A DNA stretch of 64,000 nt, from positions 219,108,001-219,172,000 of the forward strand of contig OZ024742.1 in NCBI GenBank assembly GCA_964016885.1, given 5' to 3'. A program made the position numbers and the translations under genes. Origin of the DNA: Eledone cirrhosa. Lineage: Eukaryota. The notes below the pieces were generated by a model that was not told the origin of the DNA, did no database searches, and saw only the letters and a program-made list of their open reading frames with translations. Shown here piece after piece: positions 52,751 through 64,000 of the stretch (the first letter of the stretch is position 1; each line of letters opens with the position of its first letter).

Positions 52751-55123
52751 ATCATCATCATCATCACCGTTTTACGTCCGTTCTTCCACGCTAGCATGGG
52801 TTAGACGGGTTGTCCTGTTGTGGGCAGTGTCTGGTCAGCTGACCATGCCTTGCTCATACAGGAACTGATTTGGCTTGATTTCTACAATGCCCTTCCTAAC
52901 ACCAACCTCATTTACAGTGAGTGCCGGGTGCTTTTTCGTGGCGCCTACACGTCCACTTTACAGTGTGGGCTGGGTGCTTTTTTGCCGTGGCACCTCCACG
53001 ACCACCTTGCGGTGGGGGGGGGGGGGCATATTGTCTATATGCTTCAGCTTGTACCCATGGGAGGTCGGGTACTCTGTATTAATATGAATTAATATTAAAA
53101 TGAATAATATTAACCGTTTCAACCAGTGAGAAGAGAATGAAGAATGTGTTAAGTGAAATGCTTCACCCATGAAGTGAAACCTTATCACAGACACAGGTAC
53201 TTAGTGATCATTATAATAAACTCTGTCGGACGCCATGCTTTCTAGCATAGTTATGTCCCTTTACGGTCTGGGTTCAAATCCTGCCAAAGTTAACTTTGCC
53301 TTTCATCCTTACGGCGTCGATAAAATAAAGTACCAGTAATGCACTGGGTAATTGCTGGCCTTGTGCCTAAAGTAGAAACAATTATAATAAACTGTGTGTG
53401 CACCTGAGTGTTCCAGTTGATTAGATCAATGGAGCAGTCAACTAGTAAAATTAATGTGCAAATGGTTGAACAAGCTACAGAGACCTGTACACTTAATGTA
53501 GTTCTCAGGGAGATTCAGCATAAAATAGGGTGTGACAAGTCTGGCCCTTTGAATTAAAGTAACAACTCCTTTTTATGCCAGCTGAATGGAGCAACAGTAA
53601 ATAATGTATCTTTCTCAAGGACACAATGCACCACCAGGAATCAAACTCACAACCTTGTGATCATGAGCCAAATGCCCTCACCACTAAGTTACACATCCTC
53701 ACAAACTATAAGAAAAACTATAGAGAAGCCTCCAAATGATCTGGTTGCTTGACCTTCTACAAATAGTAGCCAATATCTCTGAATATGTATGCAGATCAAA
53801 TTAGGTTAATGTAGTTCTAGATATTCCTGAAAAGAGGAAAAGACATAGTGGTGGTGATGGCGATGGTGATGATGGAATTGGTAGTGGTGGTTTTAGTGAG
53901 TAGATTTATGATCAAAAGCATTTTCCATACTATATCCATTGTATATGCTTTACTTTCTTTAAACAGTATGATTTGATATAAGGGATATTTGGTTACTATT
54001 TCTAGTAGGTTGAGCAACTCTGCAACTTGTACTGTATGATTAAAGAGTGCTTGGTTAACTTGAAATGCTGAATCAGAATTGTTTAACTATAATTGGGCCC
54101 ACTTGAATACAAGTAAAAGGTGATAAATTGACAGAATCATTAGACTGTTAATGTTTATCTCTTTCATCCTTCTGGAGATGATCAATAAACTTCTAGTCCT
54201 GTACTGGGAATACTTCATCTTTTTCTTTCTTTCAGAATTGGCTATGTTCCATCTTGAGATGGGTTGTGAGGGGGTGGGGGAATTTTATAGTGTCCCTTTC
54301 TCTAAGAATGTAGGAGGGTCCAGTGAATGGCTAACAACTTCATCTCTAAAAAAATATTTTGAAGGAGATTTTTTAATGAAATTTTCATCACTGTAAATTG
54401 AAGGGGTATTTCTTTCATTGAATGTTTTCTTTTGAAATCTTAAAATTGTTTCCTTAAATGTTGAATCAGATGCTGATGATGATGATCATCATCATTTAAT
54501 GCTCTTTTTCCTTGTTAGCAAGGGTTGGACGGGTTGTCAAAGACCAAAGCAGTAATTAATCAGAGCTAGTGACTTCTCTAAAGGGTCAGAGGCCCCACTT
54601 CTTACTTACATATGGCCCTGCACTCTACAGAGTACACTAAGTGCATTTTATTGTAGCACCAGCACTAGAGAAGTCATTATATCTTCAACACAGATGAGGA
54701 GTTCTCCCAACTTTTGGTTTAGCAGCCAAGTGTATACAAAAATCTATGATTAGTTTCCAGTATTAAAAAAATAACGGTAGTTGGCAGTATCGGTAGAGTG
54801 TCGGACACCATGCTTTGCAGCATAGAGTTACAGCCCTTTATGATCTGAGTTCAAATCTCGCCGAGGTTAACTTTGCCTTTCATCCTTATGGGGTCGATAA
54901 AATAAAGTACCAGTAATACACTGGGGTAATTGCTCGCCTTGTGCCAAAAGTAGAAACAATTATTAAAAAAATATGGTACTAAAATGAAAACGTGAAAACA
55001 AAAATAAAAATAAAAATTATTGGCTCACAAATTTTCCTTAAAGAAAATATAAATGGTCGCTTTTTTAAAATTGTATCAAATTCATACAGATGTTGATTAT
55101 ATTTTATAGTTCTGTTTTTGTAG

Positions 55124-55195
55124 AGATGACTTAAGAACAGCGAATATGATAGCTGCAGACCCGAGTGGAGTGGATTGTCTTGTACTGGACAGAGA
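55124..55195 (+). CDS. PRKG1: PKG exon, CNB-B (RTAN motif)
   Basis: ttttgtag| ... |gtaag. (G)DDLRTANMIAADPSGVDCLVLDR(E). Confidence 0.95.
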
Positions 55196-56003
55196 GTAAG
55201 ATTTTATATTTTTGTAATTTATTTGATTTTATATGTGTGTGTGTGTGTGGGAGGGGGGGGGGGCTTTCTGAAGTTTTTATTCATTATATTGTTGATTGAT
55301 ATACCAGAAGCAGGTGAGATCAGAGAGGGTAGGGGACCATTTAGGCCTGTTAGCATGGGTTTACAATTGTGAGGGGAGTCTGCCTTCCTCAAGTTTTAAT
55401 TCTTGTATTCTGTTCTGTAACTTGTTCATTATGGACATTACACGTACGTACCTCAAAGTCATACATAAATCAGATGTTTTTATCACTGGTTTCTAAAATA
55501 TTTAATGGGCAATGTAAAAAGAAAATATTTCTAAAATGTTGTGACATCAACTGTGCCAGCCCTGGGGTTGCTAGTACCCTCAGCTAACTGAATTTAGAAG
55601 TATAATTTTTAAACTTTTTTACACGGATGTATTACAAATGTGTTCTAGATTAAAATTCTTCATTATAAATTAAAGTTCAAAGTTCAGTCATAGTTGAGTG
55701 GGAAAATAGCAGAATTGAAACAGAATAAGGCATTCTGAAAAATAAATCGAAAGGCAAAAGATGTGGTTAACTACAGGATGTCTAAAAACACTGAAATTAT
55801 TTACAGAGAGGTGAAATATGTGAATTAACTTGTTTGGTGTTCAAAATAAGATAGAATTAGATTGACATAAAATTTAATAAGTTGTAAAATGAATTTATCA
55901 AATGTATGAATATTAAGACTTTATAAAATAAATTAGTAAATATTGGTTAAACATCACCAAATCTCTTGTCTGAACTAATATCTGATATTCTATTGTTATA
56001 TAG

Positions 56004-56075
56004 ATGTTATTCTCAGTTGATTGGAAACCTTGATAATGAACAAAGAAGGTATGAAGATAATGAAGATGAATTATT
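56004..56075 (+). CDS. PRKG1: PKG exon, end of CNB-B and linker
   Basis: tatatag| ... |gtaagt. (E)CYSQLIGNLDNEQRRYEDNEDEL(L), comparable to SFKHLIGGLDDVSNKAYED. Phases fit both neighbours. Confidence 0.88.
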
Positions 56076-56967
56076 GTAAGTATATCATATTTAGCAATTT
56101 TACTATAACACCAGCTAGTTTTACCTATTTCTTACATTTTAATTCTCTATATCATCTTAAATCTATACATTGTCTGAAATCTTTATTTTGTCATAAATCC
56201 CTATAGTCTAATATAAATTTATGTCATTTTAAATCTTAAAGTTTTAAATCTATGTTTTGTCTTAAATCTATATGTCACCGTACCAGCAATGAAATCATAT
56301 CCCCTCTCTTGCTCTGGAACCCTGACTCCAGCCTGACTAGGAGTAGGAAGCTGTTATTCCCTGACGTTATCTCTAGGGATACGGGAATCAGTAGACAGGA
56401 CCTGGGGGCAGCGATGGGGGACAGGGAATTCTGGGGCATGAGAGTGAGATCCATCATCTCGACAGTAGTCGACGAGTGATGATGATGATGATATGTCTTA
56501 AATGTGCATGTCTTAAGTCTGTATGTTGCCTAAAATCTGTTATCTAAAATCTCTATCACATTAAATCTAGATGATATCTTTAAACCCTTAAGTCTTAATG
56601 ACTTAAATGTCATACATTTAATTCTATATATGTAAGTTTTGTTTTGTTCCATTTTTATCTTAATACTTCAAAGACAGCAGTTGACTATGTTGTCGGACAC
56701 TGTGATGTTGGATGGATAAGCAGTATTGTCGGTAGGGGTTAAAACAGTGCACAACTACATTGACAGTCGATGAACATGGAATTTGTACTTGTTACCAATA
56801 CTACAATATCACCTGTGACACACACACACCTCATCTCCTCTTCCTTTGTTAAGTTATATACATACAAATGCAAGGAATTTTAGAACGCTGGTCTTTTGTA
56901 GTTTCTCACCACCCATTTTCTTCCTCAGTCATTCCATAAGTGTGTGTATGTATTTATCTATCAATAT

Positions 56968-57147
56968 TGGATTGGCAGTATCGGTAGAGGGTCGGACGCC
57001 ATGCTTTCCAGCATAGTTATGTCCCTTTACGATCTGAGTTCAAATCCCGCCGAGGTTGACTTTGCCTTTCATCCTTACGGGGTCGTTAAAATAAAGTACC
57101 AGTAATGAACTGGGTAATTGCTGGCCTTGTGCCTAAAGTAGACACAA
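56968..57147 (+). mobile_element. SINE copy
   Basis: Consensus match with flanking direct repeat tatttatctatcaatat. Confidence 0.85.
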
Positions 57148-57398
57148 ATATATTTATCTATCAATATCTATCTATTAATGTGCTTATCTATCTATGTATA
57201 CGGACATGTCAACTCTCCCCTTCACTGTGCACTTTCCTGACATTTGTGCGATGTTCTGTTAACTATACATGCACCTTTCATGAGTTGTGGTGCACCTGAG
57301 CACTGTACGCAATAATTTTTATTATTACTAGTACCATGTATAAACAGATGAAAATTACGAAAAAAAAATACTAATAGTAACTCTTATAATCTTTTCAG

Positions 57399-57486
57399 AC
57401 TAGATCCTGAGTTTAACAAACTAGAACTAACAGATCTCAAAGTGTTGACGACACTGGGTGTTGGAGGTTTTGGTCGTGTGGAACTG
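57399..57486 (+). CDS. PRKG1: PKG exon, kinase glycine-rich loop
   Basis: cttttcag| ... |gtaatg. LDPEFNKLELTDLKVLTTLGVGGFGRVEL. Confidence 0.96.
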
Positions 57487-59280
57487 GTAATGTAGTATAT
57501 CTCTTTCTTTCACACACACACACACACTCTCTCTCTTTCTCTTTCACACACACCCTCCCTCTTGCTCTCTCTTTCATACACACACACTCTCTCTCTCTCT
57601 TTCACATACACTCTCTCTCTCTCTTTCACACACACACACACACACTCTCTCTCTCTCTTTTACACACACACACACACTCTCTCTCTTTCAGACACACTCA
57701 TTCTCTCTCTCTATCTATCTATCTATCTCATACTCACTTTCTCCCTCTCCTTCTCTAAATGATTATTTCCTTACGGGTATAAGAAATTATTTCAGTTTGA
57801 TTAGATACAAACACTTTATAGTTTATTCAGAAAAGAAACAGGAAGTTGTTACATTTATGCCATTCCCCAAAATATTAGTGATTTATGTGATATGAAATAT
57901 TTTCAAATAGGAATTAAAGCTTCATCACACCCTCAGCTTTTTGGAACATTTAACCCTTTAGCATTTACATTACTCTATATTTACTATTGTATTTTCATGG
58001 TAAAGGCTTTATCTCACATAATTATCACATAATATCAAATCTATGAGATTTTGATATTATTTATTTTGAGAACAATACCTTAATGTCACAATGAGCAGCC
58101 AGTTATGGCCAGTTTGAACAGAAAGAGGTGAGAGAATTCTGGCCAGATATGATCGGTTTAAATACCCCTTTTCATATAATGACTAAGAGCCATAACTGAG
58201 TAGAGAAGAGATACTAAATTCACCCAGTCCCATTATATAGTTACATAAGGCTGTTTTCAGAGCCTTTGCAAACTCTCTAGGAACAATGCAAGCCAACAGC
58301 AGCAGTGGATTGGCAGTATCGGTAGAGCATCAGACAATATGCTTTATGGCATAGAGTTATACCCCTTTATGATCTGAGTTCAAATCCTACCAAGGTTAGC
58401 TTTGCCTTTCATCCTTATGGCATTGATAAAATAAAGTACCAGTAATGCACAAGGGTCAATTTAATTGACTTTCCCCACCCCCAAAATTGTTGGTCTTGTG
58501 CCTAAATCAGAAACCAATATTTATTTATATTCCTATAAATTCTGAATTCAAATCCTCCAGAGAATTACTTTGCCTTTCATTCTTTCCAATTTGTTATAAT
58601 GAAATAGCAATCAGGTAAGGAGGTACATGTAATCAACTGTACCCATACATTCATGACACCTACATCAAAAATCCTTACAAAATTGCTATTTATCCCAAGA
58701 TCTGACCTATGATTTGACCATCAGACCTTTAACTATGACCATCAAACCTTTGGCTGTGACCATCCAGTATTTTGATACATCCTTCTATTTTTTAATACAG
58801 TAGGATTTAGTGGATGTAGCATGGCTGAATGGTTACAAAGTTTGTTTTACAATCATTAGGTTTTGCATTCAATCCTACTGTATGGCATCTTGAGAAAGTC
58901 ACATCGAGTTGATTCATGCCTTGTCAGTAAAACTATGTAGATGGAACCTGTTTGGAATCCCATCAGATGGGCTGTACCTCTAATTCAAAGGACCAGTCTA
59001 GTCACACAATTTCACAATGAATCTCCCTGAGAATTACATTAAGAATACACATGTCTGTGGAATGCTCAGCCACTTACACATTCATTTCATGGACAAGCTG
59101 TTCTGTTGAACGAGCAATTGGAGCACTAATCGTCAAAACCAATGGAAGTCCATTCCACAATAGAATGATTGGCTGGAACCTGGTTGCTAGCATGACAAAT
59201 AGTTGCTCAGAAGCTCCCTAGTTAGCTTGTCCTTAAAAAGTGTCCTTCAATAGTGACTGGATTTATTTTCTTGATTTCAG

Positions 59281-59420
59281 GTCCAAATTAAAGATGATGA
59301 CACACGAACATTTGCACTAAAACAGATGAGGAAACAACACATTGTAGAAACACGTCAACAGGAACATATTCTTAATGAGAAGAAGATTATGGCTGAAGCA
59401 CGGTCACACTTTATTGTTAG
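59281..59420 (+). CDS. PRKG1: PKG exon, kinase subdomains II-IV
   Basis: atttcag| ... |gttata. [46 protein letters not shown](R). Confidence 0.95.
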
Positions 59421-59454
59421 GTTATACACTTTTTCTCAATTATTTTCTTTTTCT

Positions 59455-59940
59455 TCTTGCTCGATGAGGCCGGGGTCATCCTATGTCAGCGATCCCAAAG
59501 TATTGTTGTGCATAGGGCCGACCAAATCCACCAGCGCCCTCCATTGTTGATCGTTCCATCCCAGCTCCTCTGCATCCTTCAAGGTGATGTGGAGCCTCCA
59601 GAGATCTTCCCTGATGATATCCAGCCATCTGGTATGGGACCTCTTCCGGCCTGCAGCTACTGCGTCAAATGAGAGTAAGGCCCTGGTAAGATGATCTGGT
59701 GGAAAGTGGAGGACATGTCCATACTAGCGCATGCAGTGGATAGCTATGAGGTGGGAAGCTGAGGGCTGATGTGGGTGCGCACATAACACTTTGTTGGAAA
59801 TGTGGTTGTCCCATCTGATGTTTTTGATGGTCCTCATGGCTCTGCAATCAAATATCAAAGCTGTCAATCCTCTTTGCCAGGGTCTCTGTGAGGGGCCACG
59901 TTTCTGCTCCATAGAGGAGAACAGAGAGGATTGATGCATT
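59455..59940 (-). mobile_element. RTE-like LINE 3' fragment
   Basis: Minus strand: FDCRAMRTIKNIRWDNHISNKVL, with a (GAA)-like tail. A further RTE-like 3' end lies at about 56270-56490 (+). Confidence 0.65.
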
Positions 59941-60461
59941 GTAAATTATCTGCTCTGATTTAAATATAAATGATATTATAATTATCAATCCGAGATACAG
60001 AAAAACGAAAAAAAAAATGTTCTAAAGTGCATTTTTTTGTTTTAGGTCTTTTTAGTGTCTAAAATTGCTGTTTATTTATAATGAGAAACATATGTATTTT
60101 TACCAGGTGATATTTATGTTGTAGATGTATTTATTTGTGTGCTAAAATGTTTTCACTTTCTTACTAATCATGCTTATGGAAGTAGAAATATATTAATCAT
60201 TAAACAACATAAATACATGCTTAGGATTCCAGAGGAAAGAACCACCAGAGGGGGATCTTCAATGTGGAATTTACTATGGTGCAAATGCTAAATTGCAACT
60301 TTTTTTTTTTATTAAAAAAAAGAAAAAAATGGGTTGAAAATTTGCAAGTTTTCCTGTTGCTGTTGTTCCTCCCGATCCTTATCGTACTTTTACATCCACT
60401 TTACATCTATGCTATGATGGGTTGAATTGGTCATCACAGTTTGAAACAAGATGGATTAGAA

Positions 60462-60653
60462 CAGGCATGTCAAATGGAGGGTCCCATGAGGGCCACATGG
60501 CTCACATATGTGTTGTCTGAAGGCCACACATGACAACTAATTGCGCACATTACAACTAATATTTTTTATTTTATATTATGCTCGTGCTGTAAAAACCTTT
60601 GTGCGGGCTTGTAAAGGGTGTGTTTGTAAAGGGCTGCATGTTTGACATGCCTG
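60462..60653. mobile_element. hAT-type MITE
   Basis: TIRs caggcatgtcaaa / tttgacatgcctg, with an 8-bp TSD gattagaa / ggttagaa (one mismatch). Confidence 0.8.
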
Positions 60654-61381
60654 GGTTAGAAAATCATGTCTTATTCATATGTTCCATTATTAGTATGGCA
60701 GTGAATTGGCAGTATCAGTAGAATGTCAGACAACATGCATTGAACATGGAGTTACGGCCAAATACCACCAAGTTTAACTTTGCCTTTCATCCTTACGAGG
60801 ATGATAAAATAAAGTACCAGTCACACACTGGGGTCGACTTTCCCCTCCCCCAAAATTGTTGGCCTTGTGCCTAAATCATAAACTATTATAAAGTACCAGT
60901 AATGCACTGGGTAATTGCTGGCCTTGTGCTTAAAGTAGAAACAATTATTAGTATGGTTTCTACAGCTGGCTGTGCATCCTAACACCAACTACTTTACTGA
61001 GTGTACTGGATGCATTTTATCCTAACACTAGCATTACTGAGTTTGCTTTGGATCTCACAAGCCTAAAGAGTATTTAGTACCTTATGTTGTCTCTGTTCAT
61101 TCAAGGCATCATGATTAGAGGGTGGGAGAGTATGATGGGAAAGGCAGTGAGAGAAGGAAGATAAGTTGTTATGGGTGTATGACAAGTGTGATGAAATTTG
61201 ACAGGGTTATGAGTAGGAGATAGTATAGGCAAGGGATATTCACCAATATGTCAGGATTTTAGAGGTGGTGGGAACATAGTAATGACAGGAATAGTTACTA
61301 AGGAGTGATAAAGGGAGAAGGCATGGCTGGGGTGTACATTGAGGTTTTAAAAAATTTGTTCTTCGGACTCAGCACATTTAA

Positions 61382-61602
61382 CCCTTTAGCATTTACATTA
61401 TTCTTTATAAACTATTGTATTTTTGCAGTAAAAGGTCTTATCTTACATAATATCTCACATAATATTGAATCTATGACATTTTGATATTATTTATTTTGAG
61501 AACAATACCTTAAAGTCAGTATGAAGGGCCAGTTGCGGTCAGTTTGAACAGAAAAAGGTGAGAGAATTCTGGCCGGATATGGCCAGTTTAAATGCTGAAG
61601 GG
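61382..61602. mobile_element. piggyBac-type MITE; partial relatives at about 57953-58163 and 5940-6130
   Basis: TTAA|ccctttagcattta ... taaatgctgaaggg|TTAA. Confidence 0.8.
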
Positions 61603-62216
61603 TTAAACACAGTGGGTCAATGTTCACTTTCTGGAGAAACACCACAGATGACAAATTATATCAGTATGAAGTTCAAGCATTGGGTGGGGTAGACTTAACC
61701 CTATCATCACCATATTTCTAATGAAATACATTCTATTTCAATTTAATTCATGGAGAATTATTAATTATTAAGTATTTTATTCCTCAGAGAGTAACATAAG
61801 GTTCTTAAATAAAATTATGCTGGAATATCTTAATTTAAATAGAAACCCTTTTAAATTGGTGGTTTTGTATCACAGAACCAAAGCTAGTTTTGGCTGGTAT
61901 TAAAATATCAGGTTAGGCTCCTACCTACTACTGGTACCATGTAATCCAGTACAACCTGCTTCATGGTTGAGTAATTAAACCCCCATCATCAGCTGGGATT
62001 TTGAGTGTCTTTGGTGGAGCTAAATCTCCAATTTGAAGATAACTGCCGTCCTTTTTTTCTACCAGTTGTGGAACCCTAAAGAAAAAAAATAAAATCTTAC
62101 AGGTGCAGCCCTTCCCTTCTAAATTAAATGTTAAAAAAAATAAGAAATGGTGTGAATCGTCTGATTTATTGATATTGTTTCATTTTATCTCATTTTTATT
62201 TGTTTTGCCTTTCTAG

Positions 62217-62306
62217 GTTGTACAGATCATTCAAAAATGAAAAATATCTGTATATGTTACTTGAAGTATGTTTAGGTGGAGAACTATGGACGATATTACG
62301 TGACAA
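62217..62306 (+). CDS. PRKG1: PKG exon, kinase subdomain V
   Basis: tttctag| ... |gtactt. (R)[29 protein letters not shown](K). Confidence 0.96.
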
Positions 62307-62706
62307 GTACTTAAACATTATTATTTCTCTACAAGAAACTGAATTTCTTTGAAATTTCTCAAATTATTTCCCATTTCCACATATCTATCTACCTCTATCT
62401 CTTTACACAGACACACACACATATATATATATATGATCTCTCCAAAATGGCTGATTGAATATGCACGTGTTTTTTTTCTCAATTTTTTTCCCCATTCTTT
62501 CCTCTTCTCACTATCTTTCTATTTCATCTTTTATTTCTCATTCTATCTTATGATGAAGGACTAGTGTCCAAAACGTTAAGACTCTTTCCCTATTATTTCA
62601 AGCATTAAACTAATGTATTTCTTCATTTTCTTTGTTATTTCTGTTTATTTTTTACAAGCACACACACATATATATATATATAATTATCAAAAGAGTTATA
62701 TTCTGA

Positions 62707-62916
<210 letters not shown>

Positions 62917-63221
62917 TAGCCTTGATTTAAAATGATGTCAATATATTTGATCCAATGAAAGATCTTCTGTGTCATCAAATATAAAACAGAGAAATCTTCT
63001 GCAGTCTCTAGACCTGATAGAAATAACAGTCATATCTCCACCCTACCATATTGTGTAAATATAGAATAATAGCTTTGGCTAAGAAATTTACATCACAACC
63101 ATGTGGTTTCAATTTCAATCTCACTATGTGGTCCCTTGAGCAAAATTCCTCTATTATAGCCTGAAGCTCAACCAATGCCTTGTGATGAAATTTGGTAGAC
63201 AGAAACTGTGTGAAGTCCATC

Positions 63222-63252
<31 letters not shown>

Positions 63253-64000
63253 GCCGACCTTGCCAAATTGCATCTCTCAGAGGAGATGACACATGACCGG
63301 GATCTCAGGCAAAATGCAGTAAACAGAAAACCCAATTCCCCATGAGCACAAGCTGAAGCATATGTACAGTATGTCCTGCCACCCAACCCCCCTCACCCCC
63401 AACCGCCTCCCCCCAGCCCACACTGTAAATGTGGTTAGCGTTAGGAAGGGCATCCAGCCGTAGAAAACCAGCCAGAAACACCTCTATTTGAGCGAGACAC
63501 GATCACCCGACACAACTTGCCTTAAAATAGGACCCGTTTAATCCATGCTGCATGGAAGATGGATGTTAATCGATGATGATGATGATGGATTTCTGCACAG
63601 ACACTGTCAACCAAATTCATTAATCCTCCCCTACTCACTTCCTCCATCCTCACTTCGCATGTCTGCCTCCTTCCAGTATGGATTGGCAGCCCCCACTTCA
63701 CCATCCCACCTCATCCCACAACAATGCACAAAAACAGACATGGAAAATATACATTTAACAAGAATGATGACGTGCTCCCACCCTTATTTCCTACCACAGC
63801 CCTAATACATCAACTAGAACTCAGAAAGTTAAATGTGTTAGTCAACTATTGCTGTAAACTTAGTAAAAACTCTGACTCATGGTTGTTTTTTCTCTTCATT
63901 ACTTAAAATGTTCTCTTTTATACACAGTAACTCCCCTTGACAAATGCCATCTCTACATCTCCGTCACGAAATTAACCATCACCATCATTCTCATTATCAT

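Noticed and set aside
59421-59550. Intron start gttatac mimics the next exon start gttgtac (both read RLY), extending the ORF
   Set aside because: Similarity ends after about 7 nt and runs into an RTE fragment. The true continuation at 62217 matches PKG, so this is likely coincidence.
62546-62581. Hammerhead-like UCUU-AUGAUGA-A-GGAC(UAGU)GUCC-AAAAC-GUU-AAGA on the + strand
   Set aside because: The helices are present, but core positions C3 and G12 are mutated. It is probably a dead Penelope-type relic and is not called as a ribozyme.

Overview
AT-rich, microsatellite-dense metazoan DNA, probably an octopus (inferred from the SINE families and repeat landscape). The only host gene is a cGMP-dependent protein kinase (PRKG1/foraging-like) on the + strand. 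Twelve GT-AG exons between 28159 and 62889 splice in frame into both cNMP-binding domains and the N-terminal part of the kinase domain. The N-terminal exon(s) were not found, and the C-terminal exons lie beyond the window. The rest is intronic or upstream sequence filled with R4/Dong-type LINE relics, Penelope-like relics, SINEs with long TSDs, MITEs, a short LTR element and tandem repeats. Main finding: the 310-bp tandem array at 42696-46725 is not a plain satellite. Each unit carries an intact type I hammerhead ribozyme core with a palindromic minimal stem III, which fits a non-LTR retrozyme. The array flips orientation midway, giving 8 antisense and 5 sense ribozymes in one kinase intron. 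At least six more hammerhead-like motifs from other families sit in short blocks next to (TA)n tracts. All RNA structures were read by eye and need folding and cleavage tests. Repeat boundaries are approximate.
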